A stretch of DNA of 64,000 nucleotides from Bugula neritina (GCA_964035545.1 OZ037765.1:20026995-20090994), one strand, 5' to 3'. Numbered from the stretch's first letter, positions 12,926-26,746 are shown. Notes: a model not told the origin generated them from the sequence alone. A program made the numbers and translations.

Positions 12926-15900
12926 AATGTTCTTATGAAAAGCAACCTATGAGCTTGTGTATTTGTTATTAAATGATTAGAATGCTATATGAGTTAAGGT
13001 AACATTTCTTTTATCTTATCATTCTATATTTGAATAGTTTGACAGCTGACTAGAAGCTTATGTCACGAAGACAAGCAGTGGATTCCCGTCTATAAGCATT
13101 AGGCCAGTCACCTAATTAACAGAGAATTGAAGACAGAAAGTATTACAAAACTTGTAAGCCACCCTATGTTTTTTTAACATGCAGATGGAGTCAAACACAT
13201 TACATATCGCAGCTGACTCAGGTTGAGGCAGAGTGATGTCTATGTAGTACATGTCTAAAACACAAACCACTTGCTCAAGAGCCAAACAGTTGTAGTATCT
13301 ATTGCATGTTCATTCAAAAATATAGATAAATGAAAAAAATTGTTATGAACTTTGTAAATCATTATCACCATTACTCTTAAGATGCATTTATGCTTTCATG
13401 CAGTACAGCTCAGTCGGTACTGCTTCATAAAATTCTTTTTAAAACTAATATTTTGGCTTGTTTAAAATATTATTATAGAAATGTTTATATAAAAAATTTC
13501 AGCATTCAGCACTGTTTTATATTGCTGAGAAGTAAGAGGTTTATAAAATCTGTTTACATAAATATATGTGCATTAGAAAGATAAATCAAACGTTATTGGA
13601 GGCCAAAGGCATCATTAAAACGCATTCTTTAATGTCTAATAGTCTTTAAATAATATACTTTTTTAAAAGTGTTGCTTTCTTATGTTGCAAAATAAATTGT
13701 ATATAATTTCAATAATCATCTAAAAAACTGTTTATAGACATCACGAAATTTCTACAGTCAGAAATAATTTAACAGTACACAAGCTTCAGTTTTTTTGGCC
13801 GCTATCTTGAATGTACAGAATTAATATGAAGTAAGAAGGAATGTTGCACTTTGAATACAAAAAGCTGGTAACTTCTAGTAGCAAAAATCTCTGCCTATTA
13901 AAACTAGCACGTAATTAGTAAATGTTCTTTAGCATTTGAGATTTGAATGCAAACTGGACCTAATTATGTTCATATAGATAACTCAAAATTAGACTAGGTA
14001 AGCTGTTTAACTAAATTTTAAGCGGTTCAAAGCTTGCTATGTTAGAATTATATTCTCTTTTTTACAGATAAATGTGTAAACAGCTCCTATTTATTCCATT
14101 TTCTGTCTGTTGATTGGATAAGTACTTTTTGGCTGCAAATTGTGTTATATATTTTTAACATTCTTCTTTTGCCAACTTCCTCCTTAGATTTACACTCAAT
14201 ACTTATATAAATACTAATTAATAACATCAACACACAGAGCATGTACCAATTAACTGCACATTACATAACATTCATGTTTCTTGAATAGTAATTTACCAAC
14301 TAGAGACTTGGCATAATTATAGCTCCTCATAATTGATATAATGTCATGATACTATATTGTCTTTTACAAAAACGGCAGCATAATTTAAATATAAGCAAAG
14401 AATACATTATTAAAATTATAAAACTATTATTCTAAACCTGACAATTATGCTTGTGAATTATTCACTCAGTAAAAAAGTTAGAAAAGTGTGATCTTAGGTA
14501 AACTTTGTAAGACTAAACGTCTACATAAAAGACTGGCAGTTGAGATGAATTAAAATTTAATATAATAATTATATAGTAATACAACAATCGCGCTAGATAT
14601 AAAAATTATGGTAGCTAGACCCTTCTAATGGCTAATATTTTCAGTAAATTCTAATGAAAAAAGTTATTTAATTACACTATAGCAATTATTGTTTATTTTG
14701 TAGTTATGTGTTCAAAATTTCATTCTTAAGTATCAATGACCATCAACTCAAATGATATGAATTATAAATTGAAAGAAATGAAATTCATGTTTATCGTGTT
14801 TATGAAAATTATGAAGGTACTACAAACTTTAATTTTTACAAATTTTTACAAATTTTTCACAAATTTTTATAGTCATCTATATTTTTTTAAGACTGTTTGG
14901 CCATTTAACAATTAATGGCTTGTGTTTTAAGCATGCAGCACATAATAAATATCACTCTTGCTCCACTTTGGTCAGTTGTGCTATGTAATCTGTTTAACCA
15001 CCTATCCATTAGCATGGATCTTTAAATTACATAATCTTAGCTTACTAAAATACCATATGGTGGTTTACAAGCTGTGTAATGCATTTCATCATCAACTCTA
15101 CATTAAAGTAATTGTTTTCTTAATGATAGGAATCCACATACTGCTTGTCATCTTGACCATTAGGTTTTAGTCAAACTATTCAAATATAGAATGATAAGAT
15201 AAAAGAAATGCTACCTTAACTCATATAGCATCCCCGTCATTTAATAACAAATATAGGGGCTCATAGGTTACTTTTCATAAGAACATTATGATCAAGTTGC
15301 TGTTGCTGTTTGTGCTGACTACCATAATATCACCCAGTATCTCTGCTGACCCTGTGGTTACATTAAGTCATGGTGGCAAACTTCGTGGTAAACAGTTTAA
15401 ATATGGCTATGTTCCTGTTGACTTGTTTCTGGGTAAGTGTCATTATTTTTACTAAACTTTCAACTTAACAATTTTTGAACTATTAAAAATTTGAAATGCG
15501 CTTCATAATATTATTTTATCTTGACACACAATATACATTGTGTGCTTTGAGAATAGAGTTTATACCAACATCTAAGTTTATAACTGCATAAGTAATGCAC
15601 TATATTTTTAAAATATAAACCATATCTCAATGGCTTTTATAGTTAATCTCTCTTTTAGTGAAAAAATATAGTTTTTGATAAGCATAATATGTAACTTGCT
15701 GTAAACAAGCCAGGAGAAAGTTTTTATAATTCAACATTTGCCATAAAACTAAAATTGGGCAAGACCATTACACAGAGTTGAGTAGTTCACTACACTATTA
15801 TGATACAAGAGGAACTATGTGAATGAGCTTTTTAGTGACGTAACATTTGCTGGAGTTGTTTCATCTCACTACTCAATATTGAACTAATGCTTACAGGTGT

Positions 15901-17154
15901 GAGATATGCTGCTCCTCCAGTTGGTAGTCTGAGATTCAAGAGACCAGCACCAGTGGATGTCGGACAGGAGTTAGAAATGCAACTTCTGTAGGCCAGCCCT
16001 GTGCACAAAGAGATCCTTTATGTATGAACCTCTTTTTCATATGATATATGCAGCTATTTGGTTACATTGTATTATTTATAATGCACATATTTAGTTTGCT
16101 ACTTTATATAATGCAAAATGTTGAAACAATATTTTAATACTCATCTTTGATTAATTGTATATTTATTTGCAGTTGGGGCATCAAGTGAAAACGAAGACTG
16201 CCTGTTCTTAGACATTACTGTCCCTGGAGGTGTTGATGTAAATAAGAAGATGCCTGTCATGGTTTGGATATATGGTGGTGGTTATACTACTGGGTCAAAG
16301 AATGGTTACTTAGGAGCCACTTTAGCTGTTAAGGGTGATGTCATAGTAGTGACTATTAATTACAGGCTGGCTATGCTTGGGTTTCTCTATGATGGTCCAG
16401 GTAAGAGAGTCTCTTGTCTAACAAAAGCTATGATTCTAATTTTAAGCTATTCTCTTCATAAGCCTAGTCATCCGTCTATCACAACTTCCAAGTCATAACC
16501 ATATTTTAGGTACTGGAAACTTTGGTTTGTGGGATCAAAGAGCTGCTATAATGTGGGTAAAAGAAAATATTGACAAGTTTGGTGGAGATCCAGAACTCAT
16601 TACCATATTTGGAGAATCTGCAGGAGCTGGAAGTGTTTCAGCTCAGATGATGGGTCGTCATAATGGCGGACTATTTCAAAGAGCTATTCAAGAGGTGTGC
16701 ACATTATTATTTGCTAATAAAAAGCCTATTACTTTTGAACTTTTAAACATGGTGTGGCTAGGGTCTGAAATGCTTAAAAATTATTAAAATACATTGAAAC
16801 ATTGAGCAAGTATCGCGCACTACAATCGTATAATTTTTGTGACGAGCAGGGTTTAGACTGCAGTGATGCTCAACCTGCGGCCTTTTGACTTTTGGCGGCC
16901 TTTTGGGCTGGTAAATGTGGCCTTTTGGCCTCTTGTTGAAAATAAAAATTTTGTTCAGTTTCAATCCTTGTTGAATTTTGCTTTTTAATAAGGCAGTCAA
17001 GATTGCTATCAATCTGGAATTCCTAAGTTTACTATTATATGAAAAATCTGGATAAATGTGATGACAAAGGGAATCACCATTTTTCTTCCTCATTATGCTT
17101 GATTGATAATTAGCTGACTATTAGCATTAGTCAATTAGCAACCAAACTGTCAGC

Positions 17155-19215
17155 ATGAGCAAACGAGCGAGAACTGTAGAGCAGGAGACTAGGCAGTTCA
17201 ATGATGCTTGAACAGTAGAATTCCTGATGGTACCTCTGCCTGCAAGCGGGATGCTTTGCCTTAAATGCAACACCACAGTAAAAACTATGAAACGATCGAA
17301 TGCCAAGTCTCACTATGAGATGAAACATGGCCAAACTTATAATCAAATGAATCCAGAGTTTAGGAAAGAAAGAGTTGCCTCTTTGATAACTAGTCGTCAG
17401 AGACAACAATCAATGATGAGAGGGCCGACAGATGACAACAAGAAAGCACTGCTAGTTGGTTCAAAGATAACGTACCTCATAAACAAAAAAGGCAAGTTTT
17501 GTAAACTAAGTTTTAATTTTTAGATTCACATGCATTTCATTACAGTATATTTCTCAGCAAATTCAATTTTAATTCAAACCATGTGTAGTGTTGAGTTTAC
17601 CCTGTGGTCCCTGTGGTGTAATGGTTAGCACACTGGCTTGCAAGCCAGAGGTCTCGGGTTTGATTCCCAGGAGAGGACAATTATTTTTCACCATGTATCT
17701 AAGTTTATACTTATAAGACTCATTCTCTATTTCCCAGATAAACCGTTCATGGATGGTCAAATTATCAAGGAATGCATTGAAATTGCAGCTGACACTATGT
17801 GTGATAATGAGCAAGTTAAGCAGGTTTTTCAGAAAATCTCCCTGTCTCGACCCACAATAACACGTCGAACTGAGCAGTTGAGTGCAAATATCCAGGCTCA
17901 GTTGGCAGACAGGATGAAGGAATTCTTAGCTTACTCCATAGCACTTAATGAGTCAACTAATAAAGTGGACACAGCACAGCCGTCAATATTTATTAGAGGC
18001 GTAGACAAGAATCTCATTGTCACTGAGGATCTCTTAGCTTTACGAAGCATGAAGAGCACCACTACGGGTAAAGATGTTTACAATGAAGTCATGGCCACCA
18101 TAGAGACTAAAAATTTGGCTCTCGACAAACTCAGTGCTATTGTAACAGATGGGGCACCATCTATGAATGGTGTGAGGAATGGCTTCACCACCTTGCTACT
18201 TAACAAAATAAGAGAGGAGAAAATCAATCTTCTGCCTCTTGCATTCCATTGCATTATCCATCAGGAGAATCTTGCAGCTAAGACTCTCACGATGGACAAC
18301 GTTCTTCAGGTTGTGAAAGAAACTGTAAACTACATCAGATCAAGAGGTCTGAAACATCGACAATTTCGACAATTTCTTGATGAATTACAAGCAGAGTACG
18401 AAGATATTCTGTACTTTGCAGAGGTGCGATGGTTGTCAAAGAGAAAAATGATAAAAAGAGCATACAAGCTTCAAACAGAGATTCTTAACTTTTGTGAAAG
18501 TCATGGTAGCGAGCTACCTGAGTTCAGAGATTCAGAATTTTTGAATGACTTTGCATTCCTTGTTGCCATACTCACTCATCTCAATGAACTAATTACAAAA
18601 CTGCAAGGCAAGGACAAGCTAATATCTGACCTGTATCACTATGTGGGTGGATTTGACGGAATGTTGGAGCTTTGGATAGAGGAATTTGATAAATATTACG
18701 TTGACCGAGAGAGCTTTCCAACACTGGCAGGACGTCCTGGACTTGAAGAGAATTTTATAGTTATTAATCGTAATAAAACTATTTTATCAGAACTGAAAGG
18801 TGAGTTTGAGAATAGATTCATGGACTTCAAAAATATCAAGGACAATATCTCTGCTTTTTCAGCAATACTCCAAGTCAACGTACCTCGTCACTTGCAAATT
18901 GAGGTCATTCAACTGAAAAATAATCTGGTTTATGCTCCTCTCTTCGCACCTGACCAAGACCTGCTCAAAGCATACCAAAGCCTACCTTCAACCTACTACC
19001 CAAGGATCAAGAGTTTTGCTGCCAGATTTCTCAGCATGTTTGCTAGCACATATCGATGTGAGCAGCTATTCTCTCGAATGGGGTATGCCAAAAGCAAATT
19101 TAGATCGAGGCTAATGGACTCCCATCTGGCTGATCTCCTTCACATATCGGCATCGGACATTGAGCCAGATTATCAAAACATATTAAGCTCTGTTCAGTGC
19201 CAGCCTTCTCATTAA
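17155..19215 (+). pseudogene. hAT transposase, two exons (17155-17491, 17738-19215), inactivated
   Basis: N-terminal CxxC...H...H zinc finger, KPFMDG, SLSRPTITRR, TDGAPSM, HCIIHQE, RWLS, STYRCEQLFS. In-frame TGA at 17209-17211 where a conserved W is expected; the first catalytic Asp position reads LNES instead of LDES. Confidence 0.88.
17606..17679 (+). pseudogene. tRNA-like sequence (tRNA pseudogene or SINE head) in the transposase intron
   Basis: A box TGGTGTAATGG, stem CTGGC-ttgcaa-GCCAG, B box GGTTTGATTCCC, imperfect acceptor stem GTCC/GGAC, T-run just downstream. The 6-nt anticodon loop argues against a functional tRNA. Confidence 0.65.
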
Positions 19216-21139
19216 TGTACAAAAATATGCTTACTGTCCTGAACAAATCAGGTTATTTTCCTGGATTTATTTTTCATAACAAATAAATGCATCTCAAATG
19301 CGAAAATAGTCTCTCATTAATAATATGTGGGGGGGGTTTGAAAGGGGAATTGACACTAAACTTTCTAGTGGCCTTTTTGGTGGCTGAAATTTTTTTTACG
19401 GCCTTTTCCTAAAAAAGGTTGAGCACCCTTAGAGTCTATTTCAGAGCTTTCTAACACCCATGCATTTTTGCCTTCTAGCTGTTTATGAGCACAAAAGCCT
19501 GCTAATCCACCGATCAATTATTCTAGTTGCTAGCATATTACATGCACCATTCTGCTTTTCATAAAACATGGTGCCTGACCTTACTGTTTATAAGTACCTA
19601 CATAATATTTATTTAAGCAGTGACTGCATGTAGCTAATACGAACATAAACTAACGATTTTAAAACTAACAGTAAAAGTTGACTCATCAACCAGTTGAATC
19701 AGAGTGGCTGAGGCATAGCAGTATTTTTAGTACTTTTCAACTCAAATAAATTTGCTATATGATAATACTAGCTAAGCTTTTTTTCAATGTTAGTAGCCTG
19801 TGGCACTTAAGATTTTTAATTAATTTATAGTCAGGATCTCTGTACACAGATTGGGGCTGGTTTAATTCAGAAAACGAACTTTTTAAAATCAGAGAATCCA
19901 TAAGAAATCAGCACAACTGTTCAAAAGATGAGTCTATCTACAAGTGTTTAGAGAATAAAAGCGTAGATGCGTTACTGTCAACTGTGGTTACAGACAACCC
20001 ATTAGTAAGTCACTGGCATCCAGTTCCAGATGACGATTTCCTTCTAGGTTATGCACCACAAGAGGTCTACAATGCAACTAAGCGGTAGGTATATCTAGAA
20101 TCGGTTGTTTTATATTAACAAGCAAGACATTATGCATATAGTAATAGTAGCAACTTGCCAAAACTGTTCATAACAGTATTGACTATCTACTTTTCATGGT
20201 TACTAGGTTTGACTTGCTTGCTGGTGTCAATAAAGATGAAGGTTCCACTACAGTAATTGGATACATTGGCATGTTAAACATGTCAGACCCTGAAGCTGGT
20301 GTAAGCATCGAGCTTGCTTTCAAGGTCCTAGAGCTATATTGTGAAATTATGACACCACTGTCTGTCCAGCTGTGTGCAAAGTTTTTATTTGACACATATG
20401 AGCTAGATAAGCTGAGCAACGATATAGAAAGAGGTCACAGAATTGGCGAATTTTTTGGTATGTTCTCTATAATTTCTCAACATTCTGCTTGCTTTGATTG
20501 CTTTGAATGAATTGTATACTTTAAGTGATTGCTCCTATCTCACATTAGTTTTGCAGTTTTTATGCAAGCTTATTAATTTTATTATGCAATTTAGTATTTA
20601 AATGGCATCTTAATACAATACTTTACTTTTTCAAGAGGCAACACAATATCAAAGCTTGCAATGCTTTTTTAGCAAAGTATACATATGTTTATTGCAGGAG
20701 AAGTATCATTCAATGCTGACACTTTCCGGCAGCTCATAGAGCATAGCACTGGTGCTAAGTCTACATATGCTTACTACTTCACTGAAGCTAAACAAGTAAA
20801 TTACACGTTTTTGCCAGTGCCTTCTTGGGTTGGGGAAAAATCAAACCATGGAGATGAACTTCCATTCGTGTTTGGCTCTCCATACAGCAAGGAAAATTCT
20901 TTGGAAAAAGGTAATAAAAATAGTTTTTCCCATTTAAACATTAACTTTAAATATAGAAAAATTTTCTTATAGGATAAGATTTTTTAAACTTTTCATCAGT
21001 CAGGTTGGTAGTTTATTAATTGAGAATCTAATGCGTAAATAAATTTTCAGAATTCTATAACAAAGCTTGCTATTTATTTTTTTCATTTTTATGTTATGTA
21101 AAAACTCACACAAGTTTATAGTCACTAAGCCTATGAGAA

Positions 21140-21264
21140 TCCCTTATGGAGAAAATTTTCTCAAATTGGGCAAAACACTTCAGATAGATGACTGCATGAA
21201 TGCTCTTCCTAACATCGCCAATGGCCTTTGTTGAAGTTCAATCCCTAGACCACAGCTGCTCCCT
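21140..21264 (-). mobile_element. Internally deleted tRNA-derived SINE
   Basis: Reverse complement GGGAGCAGCTGTGGTCTAGGG...AGGCCATTGGCGATGTTAGGAAGAGCAT matches 36953-37055. Confidence 0.7.
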
Positions 21265-22389
21265 AAAACTAATACATAATAAATATATGACTATTTTTAT
21301 TATATTCATTACACTGCAAAAAAGCATTTACACTGCAAAAACTTATCTTCTAATTTCAGTTTACTTTGGAGATAATGTCCCAGCCGATGCTCGGTTGTGG
21401 TTGAATTTTTTCAAAGGGCTCACAGACAAAGACAAGCCTCTATCTGATGTGATGATAAGAACTTGGACTAACTTTGCTAAATCTGGGTACTGATTATTGT
21501 AATATAATAATTTATTTAATGTTTTAAATTGCTATTCAGATAATTATCATTATCGTTATACAAACTGATTAGCTGTCCTCACTTTTCTATCTGTAAAAGA
21601 AAACTAAAATAATTTTTACCTAGTTTTCAGGTGAGACTACATGATCTTGTAATTTTATTGACAACTATTTGACTATGCTTCTAGAAATCCTAACTTACCA
21701 GTACCACTTCCAGTTGGTACGCCAACATGGCCACTGTTTAACGTCAGCGCTGACACAGTTATGAAATTCAACAGTGCTGGACTCAAAGTAATAGCAACTC
21801 CTGAAAAAGATAGACTCCTCAACTTGACTGAAACACTGTTTGCGGCAAGAACTGTTCAAGTCAATGCTGACAAAGCTCCTGGTATGTTTATTGTCTAGTA
21901 CTTACGACATTATAAATGTTTGTTTCATAAATTTAACAAAATTTATGTCGAGTTTTTTTTAAATTCAAATTTGACTACATGCAGTTTTTCTTTATAAAAA
22001 GTGTCATTAAAAACACTCATTATGTACCACTTCTTTACTTTTTTAATATTTTTGCATTATTAAAATAATCTTCAGGTAAACATTTTGCTTAAAACAGAAT
22101 TAATATAATTGAGTTATTCATAAATTTTATTAGACTTTAGCAAGAAGTAGGTGCAGTAATTGAGAACATGATAAAATCCTGTATTCTAGATTAAAAATGT
22201 AGCAAAAAAGTTATTTTTTATCAAGAATTTTAACTCTAGCCCCTAAGCCAAAGCTTAATAATAAAATTTAAGAACTTTGGCTATCTCATTTTCACCACTA
22301 CTGCTCCTAAGTTTTTGGCAAGCTACTTTTAAACTTATGAAGCAAAGACTATTGGAAAGCAAATAGAGAGTTTTTAATAAACGGATGCA

Positions 22390-24880
22390 ATTGGTGCTAA
22401 CTTTTGAAATTAAGTTTGATATTAAAGATTGGTTTTTTCATATACTTTTAGTCGCTTGTACTACGGCAAAAAAACCTGTCACCAATGAAAATGTCGTTGG
22501 GTAGACACTTGTGGCAGGAGGACTAGACAGGTGGCTGATGTCTTCATAAGTGACCGCTTTCAGACACTTTAAATTTGCCTTTTAGCTATTCCAGTGTTAT
22601 TTTTTCTATTAAATCACCAGTTGATACAATAAACTATGCTAATGATTATGCTCATATTTGAAATTTCAGTAAAAGCCAAACTGTGTGTATATGACAAGGT
22701 ACACACTATAGTAGCATCTCTAATATTGAAAATCATGCTCATTTAAGTGCTCTGATTTGGCAGTTAAAAGTTATTCGTTGCTTTTAAAACTTTGCTGTTG
22801 GAAAATTTATTGTAGCAAGACTGCACCAACAGTATATTGAACAACATGCAGAGTCAATTTAGTGATAACTCTAATACCAGTGAGCTAAGCTGTAAATCTT
22901 CTCCAGTGCAGCATTTTATGGTGTGTATATAAGACTGGCACAACTAAAACCAGCTATTAATTTCAAAGTACATGAACGTAGCATAAACTTTCAAAAACCA
23001 ATTAGCTGGTGTAGTAGCTGGGCAAACTAATTTTGCAATTTCTAGTAGTAAACTGGCTATTCTCCTAGTTGCGTTTGCAATTAGCATCTCCGCTAGGGGA
23101 GATTGCAATTGTCATCTCCACTAGAAGAGACTGCAATTGCCATCTCTCCTAGGATGATTTGGCATAATTACTAGAAGAATTGCTAATCCAACTAGGGGAA
23201 ATTGCAATTGTCATCTCCCCTAAACCGATTTGGCATAATTACTAGGAGAATTGCTAATCCAACTAGGAAAGATTTCGATTGGCATCACCACCTGGGGAGA
23301 TTGCAATTGGCATCACCAAAGAGTTGAAAGGTCAACAGCTATAAATTAAACATGACAGCTAGCATTAACAAATGATTTTTTGCAAGATTATTGAAAAAAG
23401 AAAATTTTTAAATTTTTTCTAGAACTGCTAATCCTTGTGCTTATGCCTAAATATTAATCTCAAAGAAAATAAAACTCGTACTAGCGATAGTTTTTACACA
23501 AACCTTAAACTTCTACTGATTTCATGTGCTTGTTTTATATATCATGGAGACTACACCTGACTCGTCTGGGAGGAGACAACTTCAAAATACAAATGCTCCT
23601 AGAGGGACTTGGGAGAATTCTTTATTGGTGCTAACTTTTGAAATTAAGTTTGACATTAAAGATTGGTTTTTTCACATACTTTTAGTCACTCGTACTACGG
23701 CAAAGAAATTCTAGTCACCAATAAAAATGTCTTTGGGTAAGCACCTGTGGCATGAGAGCTAGACAGATGGCTGTCACAACCGGATGAAGTCATCATAACT
23801 GGCAGCTTTCAGACACTTTAAAATTGCCTTATTAGCTATTCCAGCGTTTCTTTTTCTATTAAGTCATCAGTTGATACAATAAACTCTGCCAGTGATATAC
23901 AACAAATTATGCTAATGATTATGCTCATACTTGAAATTTTGATAAGAGCCAAACTGTGTGTATATGACAATGTACACACTATAGTAGCATCTCTAATGGT
24001 TAAAATCATGCTCATTTAAGTGCTTTGATTTGACAGTTGAAAGTTATTCGTTGCTTTTAAAACTTTGCTGTTGGAAAATTTATTTCCGCGTTAATGTGTT
24101 GTAGCAAGACTGCACCAACAGTCTATTGAACAACATGCAGTCAATTTAGTGATAACTCTAATACCTATATCTTTCTATGCTCTTAAATGGAACATCAAAA
24201 ATAATAAACATAGTACGCAGTGAGCTAAGCTGTAAATCTTCTCCAGTGCAGCATTTTATGGTGCGTATATAATACTGGCACAACTAGAACCAGCTATTAA
24301 TTTCAAAGTACATGAACATAGCATAAACTTTCAAAAACCAATTAGCTGGTGTAGTAGCTGGGCAAACTAATTTTGCAATTTCTAGTAGTAAACTGGCTAT
24401 TCTCCTAGTTGCGTTTGCAATTAGCATCTCCGCTAGGGGAGATTGCAATTGTCATCTCCACTAGAAGAGACTGCAATTGCCATCTCTCCTAGGATGATTT
24501 GGCATAATTACTAGAAGAATTGCTAATCCAACTAGGGGAAATTGCAATTGTCATCAGTTGATACAATAAACTATGCCAGTGATATACAACAAATTATGCT
24601 AATGATTATGCTCATACTTGAAATTTCGATAGCCAAGCTGCGTGTTTATGACAAGGTACATACTATAGTAGCATCTCTAATGGTTAAAATCATGCTCATT
24701 TAAATGCTCTAATTTTGCAGCTAAAAGTTATTCATTGTGCTTAAAACTTTGCTGTTGGAAAATTATTTCCGCACGAATATGTTGTAGCAAGAATACACCA
24801 ATGGCCTATTGAACAACAAGCAGTCAATTTAGTGATAATTCTAATACCTATATCTTTTTGTGCTCTAAAGTGGAACATAC
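22390..24880 (+). repeat. Local tandem duplication of the esterase B last exon and 3' flank
   Basis: 22390-23215 is repeated at ~23625-24555, and a third partial copy lies at ~24555-24880. Confidence 0.85.
23082..23317. repeat. Degenerate ~28-bp minisatellite (GCAATTG.CATCTCC.CTAG), duplicated at 24417-24555
   Basis: Repeated TTGCAATTG/CATCTCC/CTAG units visible directly. Confidence 0.7.
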
Positions 24881-25805
24881 ATTTAAATAGTTATACAGAA
24901 CAGGTACAGAAAATAAATATGTAAATAAAATACATAGAAACAATATTGCGAAAAAATCAAACCAACTTTCTACTCCAAAAATGTATAAGCAATCACAGTA
25001 AAATAAGGAAGACATCACCTTAATTTATAATCAATATTTACACATATTTGTGTGCATAAATCTGCATCTATGATACAATAGACAGAATTGTAAAAGAACA
25101 TATATGCATAGTTTTAGTTTTTTTCAACACAATATAGTATGGTAGCTGGCCATTTTCGTTCATCTTGTCAGCACCAAACTTACATGTAACCACCTCCACC
25201 CTATAGCATTCATGTTGCCCTGAGACGTCTACCCTCCTTCATGTGACAGGTGGTAGTTGATTACACAGTGCCATTAGCAGGTAGTATGGTATCTGATCTG
25301 ACCATTATCCCATTACCCATATCAAATCTATATTACATGTGTAACCTTAATTATTTCAGCATTTTTGCTATACTTTACTATAACACAGTTCTTGCAGTTT
25401 TTCTTCAAACATTGTTAGGGCCAAAATTAAGTTATTTCTTGGAAGCTTATTTATGTCTCGTTTTATGTTTAAATCACTTATTTTTTCACTACCAAACTGA
25501 ATTCCAGTCTATTGAATTATATATAAGTGGTTTAGCATAGACCAAGGGTGTTTTTGTTGCAATTTTAGCTAAATTTACATGCCTAAAAGTGGCTATACTA
25601 GATGCTATCTGATTTATAATTAGAAAATATTTTAATGGCAGTTTTAATGTTAGCATGACTGATTTACAACTCTAGGTGCATACTTCATGAAGTTTCTGTT
25701 TACTCAAAAATCCTCTATAGTGATAAACAAAATATGTTTTTAATTTATATTTTAGCACTTATGGTGTCTTACCAAGGCTTAGGCTGGTGCCAACACTTAC
25801 TGTAC

Positions 25806-26746
25806 AAACTTTTGAACTCTCTAACAGTAATGTAGAAATGAATTTCAGGTAATAAATTTTTTCTGGCAGCTTCTAGACCTATACTAATAACAGAATGTGA
25901 GCGAGATAGCAACATTTACTTCAATACAAGCAATTACATTGTATGGAAATAAATATTTATTGTCGAAGACTGAAAGAGAATAGCAATGTACAAAGGGTTA
26001 TATTGTAGAGGAATTGTATATATTATATCGAAAGGATAACTCCACACCACTTGACTTAAGACATGATGCATTTTGCATCATGCAAATCAACTACTGCGAT
26101 GGTGCTATCGTAATGGCCAATCAGTGACTGCTAGTAATTAGTAGTAGGCGGAGCTGCATACTTGTAGTGGACGCTAGTCTAATTGACTAGCCGGCAGAGA
26201 GTGTTGGAAATTGCTAATGTAAAGTCCCGTGTATTATCTCTCTTATTATGTAACAACGTGTTTTTGATAGTTGTACATTTTATTAGTATCTTGAATTAAA
26301 TAGAATAAATTGTTAGCAATTGCAAATCTGGTGAAATAGCTTTGCCTAAATAGACTCAATAATTACAAGTGAAGCGTAAATTTACAACAATATCATAAGA
26401 TATAGTTGCAAGTTGCAAGTGGGAGATGCAAGTCGATAACTGAAAAATACTGGGTTTTTAGACTGGTCAAAAAGGTTAGCTTTTGCGTATTAGCTATAAT
26501 AAATGTGAAAAGGCATAATATAGCTGACATAGCTGAGATATATGTGAAAAGCTATCATGCACTAGGGAAACGCTTTCCCAGCTTATGTAAACTATGTAAA
26601 CTTATGTAAACTTTTGAACTTTTTGATAGTCATGTAGAAATAAATTTATGGTAATAAATTTTGCCTCTGCATGGCTGCTTCTAAACTGATACTAATAACA
26701 GAATGTGACCGAGATAGCAACATTGACTTCAATACAAGCAATTACA
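25806..26746. repeat. Pair of ~135-bp direct repeats (25806-25938, 26608-26746) enclosing ~670 bp
   Basis: Both read AAACTTTTGAACT...ATACTAATAACAGAATGTGA.CGAGATAGCAACATT.ACTTCAATACAAGCAATTACA. Confidence 0.75.

Larger units (their letters stand above)
16861..19429 (+). mobile_element. hAT transposon (Charlie/Buster, GTF2IRD2-like transposase), near full length
   Basis: Left TIR CAGTGATGCTCAACCT, right AGGTTGAGCACCCT; subterminal GGCCTTTT repeats at both ends; internal transposase. No intact TSD seen. Confidence 0.9.
15288..22504 (+). pseudogene. Carboxylesterase paralog B, frameshifted as sequenced
   Basis: Same exon set and catalytic triad as A, C and D, but exon 2 reads GTC-GG-ACA at 15959-15966 versus GTC-TGG-ACA/AAA in the paralogs (1-nt deletion, early TAG); hAT element in intron 4; ends VACTTAKKPVTNENVVG*. 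Confidence 0.8.

Noticed and set aside
17606-17679. Functional tRNA gene
   Set aside because: 6-nt anticodon loop, broken acceptor and T stems, and TTTG in place of TTCG.
23082-23317. CRISPR-like array
   Set aside because: Eukaryotic context, degenerate units without unique spacers, no cas genes.
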